Shown: positions 53,068 through 63,506 of the stretch, piece by piece
Position numbering within the stretch: the first letter of the stretch is position 1
Layout of the letters: the number at the start of each line of letters is the position of its first letter
Origin: an uncultured Alphaproteobacteria bacterium
GTDB taxonomy: Bacteria > Pseudomonadota > Alphaproteobacteria > SMXQ01
Reading direction: 5' to 3'
DNA length: 64,000 bases
Assembly (NCBI GenBank): GCA_963732875.1
Contig: CAVTBD010000002.1
Coordinates: forward strand, 1,687,289 to 1,751,288
Position numbers and translations under genes: made by a program
Notes under the pieces: model-generated
Told to the model about the DNA's origin: nothing
What the model saw: the letters and a program-made list of their open reading frames with translations, nothing else
Databases searched by the model: none

Positions 53068-54020
53068 CCATCGTGCTGGCGCGCAGCGCCGATCACCTCT
53101 ACTGGATGTCGCGCTACGTCGAGCGCGCCGAGAACACCGCGCGCATTCTCGACGTGTCCGACCGCATGGGCCTGATGCCCGCCGACGCCGACGGCAAGGG
53201 CACCAGCGGCGAGTGGGAGGCGGTGCTCCAGATCACCGGAGACGTTGCCGGGTTCCACTCGCGCTTTCCCGAGGCGACCGCCGCCAACGTCATCCGCCAC
53301 ATGACGCTCGATCCGGAGAACCCGTCGAGCATCTACTCGACCGTGCGCGCCGCGCGCGAGAACGCGCGCGCCGAGCGCGTCGGCATCACCACCGAGATGT
53401 GGGAGGCGCTCAATTCCACCTGGCTCGAGATTTCCGCGCTGACGCCGACGCGCCTCGCGAGCCGCGGCTACCGCAACTTCTTCGACTGGATCAAGGAGCG
53501 CTCGCACCTGTTCCGCGGCTCCGCGGTCGCTACCATGCTGCGCGACGAGCGCTACCACTTCCTCCGGCTCGGCACCTTCATCGAACGCGCCGACAACACC
53601 GCGCGCATCCTCGACGTGAAATACCACATCCTGCTGCCGACCGTTTCCGACATCGGTAGCGCCATCGACTACTTCCAGTGGGGCGCGCTCCTGCGCTCGG
53701 TCTCGGCGTACCGCAACTACCACCACGCCTACAAGCAGGTGATCACGCCGGTGAACATCGCCGACCTGCTGATCTTCAACGACGCCTTCCCGCGCTCGCT
53801 GCATTCGTGTCTCAACGACGTGGTCGACCTGCTTGGCCAGATCGAGGGGCCGCGCGGCGCCGAGGCTGCCCGCCAGGGGGGCGAGATCCACGCCATGCTG
53901 CACTACGGGCGCATCGAGACCGTGTTCCAGCAGGGTCTGCACGAGTTCCTGTCCGACTTCATCATCCGCAACAACCGGCTCTCCGGCGAGATACAATCCG
54001 CCTACCTGGTCGCGCAGTAG
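53064..54020 (+). CDS. Alpha-E domain protein
   Basis: LYWMSRYVERAENTAR, ARENAR, FIERADNTARILDVKY, FPRS; ATGA overlap with the upstream gene. Confidence 0.92.
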   Translation: MTIVLARSADHLYWMSRYVERAENTARILDVSDRMGLMPADADGKGTSGEWEAVLQITGDVAGFHSRFPEATAANVIRHMTLDPENPSSIYSTVRAARENARAERVGITTEMWEALNSTWLEISALTPTRLASRGYRNFFDWIKERSHLFRGSAVATMLRDERYHFLRLGTFIERADNTARILDVKYHILLPTVSDIGSAIDYFQWGALLRSVSAYRNYHHAYKQVITPVNIADLLIFNDAFPRSLHSCLNDVVDLLGQIEGPRGAEAARQGGEIHAMLHYGRIETVFQQGLHEFLSDFIIRNNRLSGEIQSAYLVAQ

Positions 54021-54035
54021 CCCACCGGCCCATCC

Positions 54036-54842
54036 ATGCGTCTGTCGATCAGTCATATCACGCGCTACCGCTACAGCCAGCCGGCCCGCTACACGATCCA
54101 GTACCTGCGCCTCACGCCCTGGAGCGACGCGAGCCAGCACGTCGAGCGCTGGCGCCTGCGCACGCCGGGGCGGCTCACCCAGCACGTGGACGCGTTCGGC
54201 AACCTGATGCACGTGCTCGTGATCGACACGCTCCACGACGAGGTCGCGGTCACGGTCGAGGGCGAAGTCGAATCCTACGACACCGTCGGCGTGCTCGGGG
54301 ACGACGACCGGGTGTCGCCCATCCTCTACCTGCGCCCGACGCCGCTCACGGAGCCTGCCGGCAACGTCCAGGACTTCACCGCCGGCCTGCGCGCGCGCAT
54401 CAAAGCCGACCGTCTCGACGGCCTGCACGAGCTATCGCGCGCGGTGGCGCGCGCGGTCGTCTACCGCCCCGGCACCACCGACGTCGAGACCACCGCCGCC
54501 GCCGCGCTCGCCGCCGGCACCGGTGTATGCCAGGACCAGGCCCACGTGTTCGTCGCCGCGGCGCGCTTCCTCGGCGTGCCGACGCGCTACGTGTCGGGCT
54601 ACGTCCACGTCGCCGGCGACGGTGCCGACGAGACCGCCTCCCATGCCTGGTCCGAGGCCTGGGTGGACGGGCTCGGCTGGGTCGCCTTCGATGTCACCAA
54701 CGAGATCTGCGCCAACGACGCCCATGTCCGCATCGCCATCGGCCCCGATTACGCCGCCTGCGCGCCGGTGCGCGGCGTGCGCCGCGGCGGCGGCGCCGAG
54801 CGGCTCGACGTCAATGTCCATGTCGCGGCCATGAGCCAATAG
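54036..54842 (+). CDS. Transglutaminase-like protein
   Basis: H.T.Y.Y, LRLTP, DAFGN, GVCQD.AH, RYVSGY, HAWSE, GWVAFD (Cys-His-Asp triad). Confidence 0.93.
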   Translation: MRLSISHITRYRYSQPARYTIQYLRLTPWSDASQHVERWRLRTPGRLTQHVDAFGNLMHVLVIDTLHDEVAVTVEGEVESYDTVGVLGDDDRVSPILYLRPTPLTEPAGNVQDFTAGLRARIKADRLDGLHELSRAVARAVVYRPGTTDVETTAAAALAAGTGVCQDQAHVFVAAARFLGVPTRYVSGYVHVAGDGADETASHAWSEAWVDGLGWVAFDVTNEICANDAHVRIAIGPDYAACAPVRGVRRGGGAERLDVNVHVAAMSQ

Positions 54843-54998
54843 GTATAGACTGCCGCCCGCGTCGCACAGCGGCCGGGCGGCGCCGGTCCCGAGGATGGTC
54901 GTGTCGGAGTTGCTTACGCTTTGATGTCGTCCGTTTCCCCGCCGGGTTCGTTCAATCCCCCAACGCGCGCGCGCCAGCTTGCCGGAGAATCCAAACCC

Positions 54999-55731
54999 AT
55001 GACCTATGCCGTCGGATTCCTGCTCCAGGAGGGGCTCGTGTTCGCCTCCGATTCGCGCACCAATGCGGGCGTGGACCAGGTTTCCGTCGCCCGCAAGATG
55101 ACGGTGTTCGAAAAGCCGGACGAGCGCTTCATGGTGCTGCTCGCGGCCGGTAACCTCGCCATCACCCAGTCGGTGGTGCGGCTTCTCAATGAGGACCTGA
55201 ACAGCGACGGCCCGCGCGACCTGTTCGCCGCGCCGACCATGTTCGCCGCGGCCCGCATGGTCGGCGCGTCTTTGCGCAACGTCTACGAGGTGGACGGCGA
55301 CGCGCTCCGCGAGCAGGGGCTCGAGTTCAATGCCGCCTTCGTCTTCGGCGGCCAGATCAAGGGCGGCGAGGCGCGGCTCTACAACATCTACTCGGCGGGC
55401 AACTTCATCGAGGCCTCGCCCGAGGCGCCCTATCTACAGATCGGCGAGAACAAGTACGGCAAGCCGATCATCGACCGCACCATCACCTTCGAATCGTCCC
55501 TCAAGCAGGCAATCAAGTGCGCGATCCTGTCGTTCGAATTCGACCATGCGCTCCAACATCTCGGTCGGGCCGCCCATCGACATCCTCACCTACCAGCGCG
55601 ACTCGCTAAAATCCGGCCTGCGCATGCAGCTTGCCGAGGGCGACGCGTACCTTTACCTCATCCGCGACTACTGGGGCGGCGCGCTGCGGCACGCATTCGA
55701 GGACATGCCCGACCCCGACTGGCTCAAGTAG
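54999..55731 (+). CDS. Proteasome-type (Ntn, Anbu family) peptidase (1-bp frameshift near 55537)
   Basis: M-T1-YAVG, SDSRTNAGVD, AGNLA.TQ, GGQIKG, YSAGNFIE, QIGE.KYGKPI, then STMRSNISVGPPID in the second frame. Confidence 0.92.
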
Positions 55732-55742
55732 CGTTTTCCCGC

Positions 55743-56324
55743 ATGCTCCACCGTCTCTATGCCTGGACCATGCGGCTCGCCCGGCACCGCCACGCCGAGC
55801 GCTGGCTCGCACTCGTGGCCTTCGCCGAAAGCTCGTGCTTCCCGATCCCGCCTGACGTCATGCTGATCCCGATGGTGCTGGCGGACCGCAGCCGCGCCTG
55901 GCGTTTCGCGCTGATCTGCACCATCGCCTCGGTCGTGGGTGGGCTCGCCGGCTACGCCATCGGTGCATTCCTGTTCGAGACCGTCGGCAAGCCGCTGCTC
56001 GCGTTCTACGGCTATACCGACGCGTTCCGCAACTTCACCCAGCGCTACAATGAATGGGGCATCTGGATCGTCGCCGGAGCGGCGGTGACGCCGTTCCCGT
56101 TCAAGGTGATCACCATCGCCTCGGGCGTCACGCACCTCGACCTGATCGAGTTCACCGTCGCCGCCGCGCTCGCACGGGGCGCGCGGTTCTACGCCGTGGC
56201 GGCGCTCCTGTGGCGCTTCGGTGAACCGATCGAGGGCTTCATCGAACGCCACCTCGGCAAGCTCGCGACGCTTTTCTTCATCCTGCTGCTCGGCGGATTC
56301 GTTCTGGTAAAATACGTCCTGTGA
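55743..56324 (+). CDS. YqaA/DedA family membrane protein
   Basis: FAESS.FPIPPD, TPFPFKVITIASG, RGARF. Confidence 0.88.
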   Translation: MLHRLYAWTMRLARHRHAERWLALVAFAESSCFPIPPDVMLIPMVLADRSRAWRFALICTIASVVGGLAGYAIGAFLFETVGKPLLAFYGYTDAFRNFTQRYNEWGIWIVAGAAVTPFPFKVITIASGVTHLDLIEFTVAAALARGARFYAVAALLWRFGEPIEGFIERHLGKLATLFFILLLGGFVLVKYVL

Positions 56325-56833
56325 TGGACCGCCCCGCGCCCCGCCTCGCCTTCGCCCTGCTGCTCGCCGCCGCCGTCGCCATCCTCGCCGCGGCGCTCGC
56401 CTTCCAGTATCTGGGCGGGCTCCGGCCGTGCGAGCTGTGCCTGTGGCAGCGCTACCCCTATGCCGTACTGATCGGGATCGCCGGCGTCGGGATCGGCCTC
56501 GCCCGCGTGCCGGGCGTGCCGCGCGGCCTGCTCGCCGCGCTGGCCGCGCTGGCTGCGCTCGCCATGGCGGCGGATGCGGCCATCGCCGTGTTCCATGTCG
56601 GCGTCGAGCACCACTGGTGGCAGGGGCTCGCGAGCTGCTCGGGCAAGACCGGCGCCGCCCGAACGGTCGAGGAGCTGGCCCGCCAGCTCCAGGGCACCGC
56701 GGTGGTGCGCTGCGATGCCATCGCCTGGTCGTTCGCGGGAATCTCGATGGCGGGCTATAATGCGTTCGCGGCGACCGCGCTCGCGCTGTTCGCCGCCTGG
56801 ATCGCGCGTGGGCTGCTACGGCCCGCGCCCTGA
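56324..56833 (+). CDS. dsbB: Disulfide bond formation protein B
   Basis: PCELCLWQR, HVGVE..WW.G...C, VRCD, GISMAGYN. Confidence 0.88.
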   Translation: MDRPAPRLAFALLLAAAVAILAAALAFQYLGGLRPCELCLWQRYPYAVLIGIAGVGIGLARVPGVPRGLLAALAALAALAMAADAAIAVFHVGVEHHWWQGLASCSGKTGAARTVEELARQLQGTAVVRCDAIAWSFAGISMAGYNAFAATALALFAAWIARGLLRPAP

Positions 56834-56858
56834 GTTCGTCACGACCGAGGAGGTCGCC

Positions 56859-57401
56859 ATGGATACCACCCGCCACCCCGCCGACGGCGGCCGCGATACC
56901 CGCGTCGCCCGCATGATCCGCGTCGACCAGGCCGGCGAGTACGGCGCCGCGCGCATCTACGCGGGCCAGCTCGCGGTGCTGGGCGCGCGCGCCGGCACCG
57001 CGCCGATCCGCCACATGGCCGAGCAGGAAAAGCGCCATCTCGACGACCTCGACCGCCTGATGGTCGCGCGCCGGGTACGCCCGACCGCGCTCGCCCCGGT
57101 CTGGCACGTGGCCGGCTTCGCGCTGGGCGCGGCCACGGCGCTGATGGGGCGCCGCGCCGCCATGGCCTGCACCGAAGCGGTGGAAGAGGTGATCATCGAC
57201 CATTACGCGCGCCAGGAAGCGGCGCTCGGCGAGGACGACGCGGCACTCAGGTCGCTGATCGCAACCGCGCGCGAGGACGAGCAGGCCCACCGCGACACCG
57301 CGCTGTCGGAAGGCGCCGCCGGCGCGCCCTGCCACGAGCCGCTGACGACCGCGATCAAGGCCGGCACCCGGCTCGCGATCTGGCTGTCGGAGAGGATCTG
57401 A
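56859..57401 (+). CDS. coq7: Demethoxyubiquinone hydroxylase (Coq7 family)
   Basis: MIRVDQAGEYGA..IY.GQ, E..H, VEEVI..HY, DE..H di-iron motifs; GAGGAGG RBS. Confidence 0.92.
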   Translation: MDTTRHPADGGRDTRVARMIRVDQAGEYGAARIYAGQLAVLGARAGTAPIRHMAEQEKRHLDDLDRLMVARRVRPTALAPVWHVAGFALGAATALMGRRAAMACTEAVEEVIIDHYARQEAALGEDDAALRSLIATAREDEQAHRDTALSEGAAGAPCHEPLTTAIKAGTRLAIWLSERI

Positions 57402-57402
57402 C

Positions 57403-57760
57403 ATGGCGCTCGCGCAATACCAAGGCGGCTGCCACTGCGGCAAGGTGCGCTACGAGGTCAACCTCGATCTTTCCCGCGTGCTCGTCGTGCAACTGCTCGT
57501 TCTGCGCCAAGCGCGGCAGCCTGCTCACCTTCACCACGCCTGACAATTTCAACCTGGTGTCGGGCGCCGACGCGCTCACGGAATACCGGTTCAACACCCG
57601 CAACATCCAGCACCTGTTCTGCCGGGAATGCGGCATCGAATTGTTCGCCCGCGGCATCGGGCCCGACGGCAAGGCGGTGGTGGCGATCAACGTGCGCTGC
57701 CTCGACGACGTCGATCCCGACGCCCTCGACGTGACCCGGTTCGATGGCAAGCACTTGTAG
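57403..57760 (+). CDS. GFA/CENP-V family Zn-binding protein (1-bp frameshift near 57484)
   Basis: GGCHCG, then CNCSFC, HLFCRECG, INVRCL in the shifted frame. Confidence 0.85.
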
Positions 57761-57778
57761 GAAAGGCGGCGGAGCGTC

Positions 57779-58348
57779 CTAACCGGTCTCGAGCTCGGAA
57801 TCCCAGTAGAGGTAGTCGCGCCAGCTCTCGTGCAGAAAATTGGGCGGGTAAGCCCGCCCATTCATCTGCAGTTCCTTGACGGTCGGCTCCTTGGGAGCGT
57901 GGAGCGGCAGCATCCCCGCCTCCCGCGGCAGGAAGCCGCCTTTCTCCAGGTTGCACGGCTCGCACGCGGCGACCACGTTCCACCAGCTGGTCTCGCCACC
58001 GAGCGACTTCGGGATTACGTGATCGAAGGTCAGGTGCTCGGCCGGACGGCGGATGCCGCAGTACTGGCACGAGAAGCGGTCGCGCAGGAACACGTTGAAC
58101 CGGGTGAAGGCCGGGCGGCGCGAGGTGTGGATGTACTGCTTGAGAGAGATCACCGAGGGCAGCGCCATCGAGAAGCTCGGGCTGTGCACCACGCGATCGT
58201 ATTCGGAGATGATGTTGACGCGGTCGAGGAACACCGCCTTCACCGCCTCCTGCCACGGCCACACCGAAAGCGGGAAGTAGCTCAGCGGACGGAAGTCCGC
58301 GTTCAGCACCAGGGCCGGACAGCTTTCGGGCGACGCGAACAGGGCCAA
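57779..58348 (-). CDS. HNH endonuclease (conserved alphaproteobacterial type)
   Basis: LVLNADFRPLS, NVFLRD..CQYCG, LTFDHV.P, NVVAAC..CN..K. Confidence 0.9.
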   Translation of the reverse strand: MALFASPESCPALVLNADFRPLSYFPLSVWPWQEAVKAVFLDRVNIISEYDRVVHSPSFSMALPSVISLKQYIHTSRRPAFTRFNVFLRDRFSCQYCGIRRPAEHLTFDHVIPKSLGGETSWWNVVAACEPCNLEKGGFLPREAGMLPLHAPKEPTVKELQMNGRAYPPNFLHESWRDYLYWDSELETG

Positions 58349-58500
58349 CTCCTCTTAAGCTGCGGGCTCCGCACTGCCGGAGCCCTGCTGAAATGGGTAC
58401 AACGTTTTTATGACACGCGCAAGAATGGGCCCCCGCTACCCACCATATCCGGTGGTAACGGCCGGAAATCCCTTCCAGATATGGCGCCCCGGTTATGAAG

Positions 58501-59184
58501 TCAGCGTGAACCCGCGACGCGGCCCAGGAACTTGACCGCGAGGCCGAGGCCGCGCTCGTCGATACCGTGGCCGAGTTCCGGCAGGACATGGGCCTGCACG
58601 TCGACGCCGCCGGCGAGCAGGGTGCGTTCGGCATCGCGCGCGCTGTCGACGGGCACCACCACGTCGTCTTCGCCGTGGACGATGAGCACCGGCGGCCGGC
58701 CGGCGATCTCCTCGGCGAGCCGGTTGCGCCCGACCAGCGCGCCCGAGAAGGCGAGGATCGCCGCGGGGCCGGGCGAGCGGCGCAGGCCGACGTGGAGCGC
58801 GGTCATGGCGCCTTGAGAGAACCCCGCCAGGATCAAGCGGTCGGGCGCGAGGCCGAGGCGGTCCAGGTTCTCGTCGAGGAACGCATCCACATCCGGCCGC
58901 GCGTGCTCGAGCCCGGCATAGAGCGTCATCGGGTCGCGGTCCTGCAGCGAGAACCACTGGCGCCCCATGGGCGCCATGTCGCACGGCTCGGGCCCGTCGG
59001 GAGCGAGGATGCGCGCACCCGGCAGCACCTTGGCGATATAGGGCGCGAGGCCGATCAGGTCGGCCCCGTCGGCGCCGAGCCCGTGCAGCACGACCACCAG
59101 CCAGGTCGCCTCGCCGCCCGCGGCGGGGCCGAAGGCGGGGCCGGACAGCGGGCGCGGCGGGCGGGCGGCGGTATCTTGATCCAA
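58501..59184 (-). CDS. Phospholipase/carboxylesterase (alpha/beta hydrolase)
   Basis: LHGLGADG, GRQWF, GFSQG, HGEDDVVV, GHGI; TTG start after GAGGAG (start uncertain). Confidence 0.88.
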   Translation of the reverse strand: MDQDTAARPPRPLSGPAFGPAAGGEATWLVVVLHGLGADGADLIGLAPYIAKVLPGARILAPDGPEPCDMAPMGRQWFSLQDRDPMTLYAGLEHARPDVDAFLDENLDRLGLAPDRLILAGFSQGAMTALHVGLRRSPGPAAILAFSGALVGRNRLAEEIAGRPPVLIVHGEDDVVVPVDSARDAERTLLAGGVDVQAHVLPELGHGIDERGLGLAVKFLGRVAGSR

Positions 59185-59311
59185 AACAGGCGCTCCTCGG
59201 CGGCACGGGTGACGGGCAACGGATCGGGCGGGCCTTCCTTGACGCGCCCGGGGGCTCCGGCACATTCTAGCGGCCCCATCCCTCAGGTATAAGCCAAGAC
59301 ATCGGGAGCCA

Positions 59312-60990
59312 ATGAGCGCAGCGCGAGCACAAGCGAGGCGGGCAATAGCCCATTCACCGTTGCGGGCGGGCGGGCGACGCTGGCCGCCGGGCTCGACGCC
59401 GCCGAGCGCTACCTCGCCCTGGCGCGCGCCAGGGTCGGCGAAACGGTCGCACAGGCCGGGCGCGACGGGCTCGATGCCTGCCAGTTCGCCGCCCATGGCC
59501 TGGCATGGACCGCCACCTACGTCGCGGCCCTGCGCCAGACCCTCGCCTGGACCCGCCGCCTCGACGACGCCGACGCCCTTGGCGAGGTCGAGGCCTTGAT
59601 CGCCGAGGCCGCGTTCGGCGAATACCTCGCCCAGCTCCGGGGCGGCATCGCGCTCTCACAGGGCGAGATCGTGCGCCCGGCCGACCTCGGCCTCGGCGAC
59701 GACGCGCTGGCATCGTTCGATGCGGCGCCCGTGCGCGCCCTGATCGCGACCGGCAACGGCATCGCCACGCGCCGGCGCATCGCCGCGCTCGCCGCCGAGG
59801 GCCGTTTCGGCGACTGGGGCCTCGGCGACGAGATCCTCGAGATGGTGCGCGCGCAGTTCCACCGCTTCGCCGACGAGCGCATCGCGCCGTTCGCCAACGA
59901 CTGGCACCGCGCCAACGCGCTGATCCCGGATGCGGTAATGGACGAACTTGCCGGGCTCGGCGTGTTCGGCCTCACGGTCGCGGAAGCGCACGGCGGGCTC
60001 GGCATGGGCAAGATCGCGCTTGCGGTGGTGACGGAGGAGCTCTCGCGCGGCTACATCGGCGTCGGCTCGCTGCCGACCCGCTCCGAGATCGCCTGCGAGC
60101 TGATCGGCGCCCACGGCACCGACGACCAGAAGGCGCGCTTCCTGCCCGGCATCGCGGCGGGCGCGATCATCGCGACCGCGGTGTTCACCGAGCCCAATAC
60201 CGGCTCCGACCTCGGGTCCTTACGCACCCGCGCGGTCAGGGACGGCGATAGCTGGCGCGTCACCGGCCAGAAGACCTGGATCACCCACGGCGCGCGCTCG
60301 GACCTGATGACCTTGCTCGCGCGCACCGACGCCGACGAGCCCGGCTGGCGCGGGCTCTCCATGTTCCTCGCCGAGAAGCCGCGCGGCAGCGAGTCCGATC
60401 CGTTCCCGGCGCCCGGCATGACCGGCACCGAGATCGAGGTGCTGGGCTACCGCGGCATGCGCGAGTACGAGCTTTCCTTCGACGGCTTCGAGGTGGCCGA
60501 CGCCAACCTGCTCGGCGGACGCCCCGGCGAGGGCTTCAAGCAGCTCATGGCGACCTTCGAATCGGCGCGCATCCAGACCGCCGCGCGCGCCAACGGTGTC
60601 GCCCAGAACGCGCTCGAGCTGGCCGTCGGCTACGCCAATGAGCGTAAGCAGTTCGGCAAGCCGATCGCCGCCTTCGATCGCGTCGCCGGCAAGATCGGCT
60701 GGATGGCGGCGGAAGTCATGGTATCGCGCCAGCTCGCCCTGTTCGCCGCGCGCGAGAAGGATTCGGGGCGGCGCTGCGACATGGAGGCGGGCATGGCGAA
60801 GCTGCTCGCCGCGCGCACCGCCTGGGCCGCCGCCGACAACGCCGTGCAGGTGTTCGGCGGCAACGGCTATGCCGTCGAGTTCCCGGTGAGCCGGCTGCTG
60901 CTGGACGCCCGCATCCTCAACATCTTCGAAGGCGCGGCCGAGATTCAGGCCCAGGTGATCGCCCGCGCGCTCCTGTCCGACCGCAACTGA
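59312..60990 (+). CDS. mcd: Acyl-CoA dehydrogenase, probably (2S)-methylsuccinyl-CoA dehydrogenase (1-bp indel right after ATG)
   Basis: N-terminal extension Q.AAHGLAW.ATY...GGI..SQGEIVR; FTEPNTGSDL, EIEVLGYRGM.EY, RILNIFEGAAEIQ. Confidence 0.8.
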
Positions 60991-61004
60991 GAAAGGCATC
61001 TTAC

Positions 61005-61199
61005 GTGACCGTCGTCCTGCCCTTCCTGATCGCCGCCGCCGCCATCGCCGTGCTGGTGGTGCTCGCAATCGGCATCATCAACATGTTTCGCAGGGATCAC
61101 GACCCGCGCCGCTCCAACAAGCTGATGCAGTGGCGCATCATCCTGCAGTTCGCGGCGATCATGCTGCTGGTCCTGTTCCTGTTCCTGATGAAGCACTGA
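61005..61199 (+). CDS. Twin transmembrane helix small protein (HIG1-like)
   Basis: SNKLMQWRI..Q motif, two TM helices, usual position upstream of the adenosyltransferase. Confidence 0.85.
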   Translation: MTVVLPFLIAAAAIAVLVVLAIGIINMFRRDHDPRRSNKLMQWRIILQFAAIMLLVLFLFLMKH

Positions 61200-61211
61200 G
61201 GGAAGCGGCCC

Positions 61212-61793
61212 ATGGCCAACATCAGGCTCACCAAGATCTACACGCGCGGCGGCGACGACGGCGAGACCTCGCTCGGCGACGGCGAGCGGCGCCCCAAGGA
61301 CGACCTGCGCGTCGCCGCCTACGGCACGGTGGACGAGGCCAACGCCGTGATCGGCGTGGCGCGGCTCCACCTCGCCGGCAGCGACAACGACATGATGGGC
61401 CGCATCCAGGACGACCTGTTCGACCTCGGCGCCGACCTGTGCATCCCCGAGGGCGGCCGCAAGGGCGAGAGCGCGGGCGTGGTGGCGCTGCGCGTCACCG
61501 CGACCCAGGTCAAGCGCCTCGAGGACGAGATCGACGCCATGAACGAGCACCTGGCGCCGCTCGCCTCGTTCGTGCTGCCGGGCGGCAGCGAGGCCGCGGC
61601 CTATCTCCATCTCGCACGCACGGTCGTACGCCGCGCCGAGCGCCTGATGGTGCGCCTCGCGCGCGCCGAGACCGTCAATCCCGAGGCGTTGCGCTACGTC
61701 AACCGGCTGTCAGACCACCTGTTCGTGATGGCGCGCCGCGCCAACGACGACGGCCGTACCGACGTGCTGTGGCGCCCGGGCGCCAACCGCTGA
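61212..61793 (+). CDS. PduO-type cob(I)alamin adenosyltransferase
   Basis: KIYTRGGD.G.T, YGTVDE.N, LFDLGADL, FVLPGG, RRAER, NRLSD. Confidence 0.93.
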   Translation: MANIRLTKIYTRGGDDGETSLGDGERRPKDDLRVAAYGTVDEANAVIGVARLHLAGSDNDMMGRIQDDLFDLGADLCIPEGGRKGESAGVVALRVTATQVKRLEDEIDAMNEHLAPLASFVLPGGSEAAAYLHLARTVVRRAERLMVRLARAETVNPEALRYVNRLSDHLFVMARRANDDGRTDVLWRPGANR

Positions 61794-61824
61794 AGCCCGT
61801 CTCCCCGGCCCATGAGCCGGGACG

Positions 61825-61849
61825 GGAACCAATCGACCTCTCCGCCGTT
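61825..61849 (+). promoter_or_regulatory. EcfG (sigma-T) general-stress promoter
   Basis: GGAAC-N16-CGTT, ~35 bp upstream of ATG 61885. Confidence 0.7.
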
Positions 61850-61884
61850 AATTACCTGAATACCATCCGGCAGAGGGGAGAAGC

Positions 61885-62634
61885 ATGGCCCTCCACATCC
61901 GCGTCCCGCCAGCGGTGCCGGCCCTGCTGACGGCTGGTTTCGTATTGTTATTGCCGGTTCACGCGACAGCACAGGACACCACGGACCACCAGTCCGCCTA
62001 CAACCCGCCCCTCGCGGCGAGCCCCGGCACCGCGGCGAAGGACGGCGACGCCGCCTCTGTCGGCGTCACCGCCAAGCATGGCCCCTGCGACTCCCGGCCG
62101 GCCGCCGCGGTCAACAGCTTCTTCCACCGCCTCACCGCCAACACCGATGCCGACGACCAGGCCCACCGCGTCGCGCGTTTCAAGGCGTTCAATGCCACCT
62201 TCACGACACGTCCCTTGGCCCGTGCCGTGCTTGGTCCGTCGTGGGATACGGCGAGCGAACCCGCGCGGGCCCAATATGTCGCCCTGTTCCATTTCTATTT
62301 CATGGACAATTATCTCGACTTGGCCGCCCAGGCGAGCCGGTCCTGGCACGACGGCATGATCGCCCGCACCGCCGACAACGGCGAAACGGTGGTCGCTCCG
62401 ACGGGGCAGGACGCCGGCTCCTCCAGGTTCAGCAATATCGAAATCTACGTGCGGCCGGCCACCTGCCGGCTGGCCCTGGTCGACGTCCATGCGGGCAGGC
62501 TGTCGCTGGCGAAGATGATCCGCTCGGAATTCCAGTCCATCCTGCACCAGAGCGGCCTCGCGGGGCTGATGGAACGGCTCCGGAACCGCGCCCACAAATC
62601 CCCGATGTGGGAGATGTGGCAGGCCTCCCGCTAG
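61885..62634 (+). CDS. MlaC/Ttg2D-like exported protein (divergent)
   Basis: Signal peptide; ARAVLG..W...S..Q...Y..LF, LVDV...SL....RSEF.S.L...GL.GL pattern. Confidence 0.65.
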   Translation: MALHIRVPPAVPALLTAGFVLLLPVHATAQDTTDHQSAYNPPLAASPGTAAKDGDAASVGVTAKHGPCDSRPAAAVNSFFHRLTANTDADDQAHRVARFKAFNATFTTRPLARAVLGPSWDTASEPARAQYVALFHFYFMDNYLDLAAQASRSWHDGMIARTADNGETVVAPTGQDAGSSRFSNIEIYVRPATCRLALVDVHAGRLSLAKMIRSEFQSILHQSGLAGLMERLRNRAHKSPMWEMWQASR

Positions 62635-62756
62635 CGCCGTCTGCTCCGGCGCGATCGCACTTCCGGGCCGCAAACGGGCGCCCCGGGGGCCGTTGACCCT
62701 TCCCCGCACGACCGGTACCTTGCCCGGCACGGTTTGAATCCCCGGGAAGGAGAAAA

Positions 62757-63506
62757 ATGAAGGTCCTCGTCGCGGTGAAGCGGGTGATCGACGCCAACGT
62801 CAAGGTGCGCGTGCGCCAGGACGGCAGCGGCGTCGAGACCAACAACGTCAAGATGGCCATGAACCCGTTCTGCGAGATCGCGGTCGAGGAAGCGGTGCGC
62901 CTCAAGGAGGCCGGCACGGCGAGCGAGACCGTGGTCGTCTCCGCCGGCCCGCAGGCGACCCAGGAGACCATCCGCACCGCGCTCGCCATGGGCGCCGACC
63001 GCGGCATCCACATCCCGTGCGACCAGCCGCTCGAGCCGCTCGCAGTCGCCAAGCTGCTCGCCGCGGTCGCGGCCAGGGAGCAGCCCGGCCTGATCCTGCT
63101 CGGCAAGCAAGCGATCGACGACGACGCCAACCAGACCGGCCAGATGCTGGCGGCGCTGCTGGGCTGGGCCCAGGGCACCTTCGCCTCCAGGATCGCGATC
63201 GAGGGCGACCGTGCCAGGGTGACGCGCGAGATCGACGGCGGCCTCGAGACGGTGGATCTCAAACTGCCCTGCGTGGTCACCACCGACCTGCGCCTGAACG
63301 AGCCGCGCTACGCGTCGCTGCCCAACATCATGAAGGCGAAGAAGAAGCCCATCGACCAGATCAAGCCCGACGAGCTCGGCGTCGACGTGAGCCCGCGCCT
63401 CAAACTGCTCAAGGTCGCCGAGCCGCCCGCGCGCGGCGCCGGCGTCAAGGTCGAGAGCGCCGCCGAGCTGGTGGACAGGCTGCACAACCAGGCGGGGGTG
63501 ATCTGA
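62757..63506 (+). CDS. etfB: Electron transfer flavoprotein beta subunit
   Basis: [47 protein letters not shown]. Confidence 0.96.
   Translation: MKVLVAVKRVIDANVKVRVRQDGSGVETNNVKMAMNPFCEIAVEEAVRLKEAGTASETVVVSAGPQATQETIRTALAMGADRGIHIPCDQPLEPLAVAKLLAAVAAREQPGLILLGKQAIDDDANQTGQMLAALLGWAQGTFASRIAIEGDRARVTREIDGGLETVDLKLPCVVTTDLRLNEPRYASLPNIMKAKKKPIDQIKPDELGVDVSPRLKLLKVAEPPARGAGVKVESAAELVDRLHNQAGVI

Noticed and set aside
54921-56324. Apparent Anbu-DedA fusion (467 aa)
   Set aside because: Produced by a 1-bp insertion near 55537; the Anbu C-terminus and stop (55731) are in another frame, and the DedA gene has its own ATG.
57779-58348. HNH nuclease as a mobile or defence element
   Set aside because: It matches the widespread chromosomal alphaproteobacterial HNH type, with host-like GC and no flanking repeats or partner genes.
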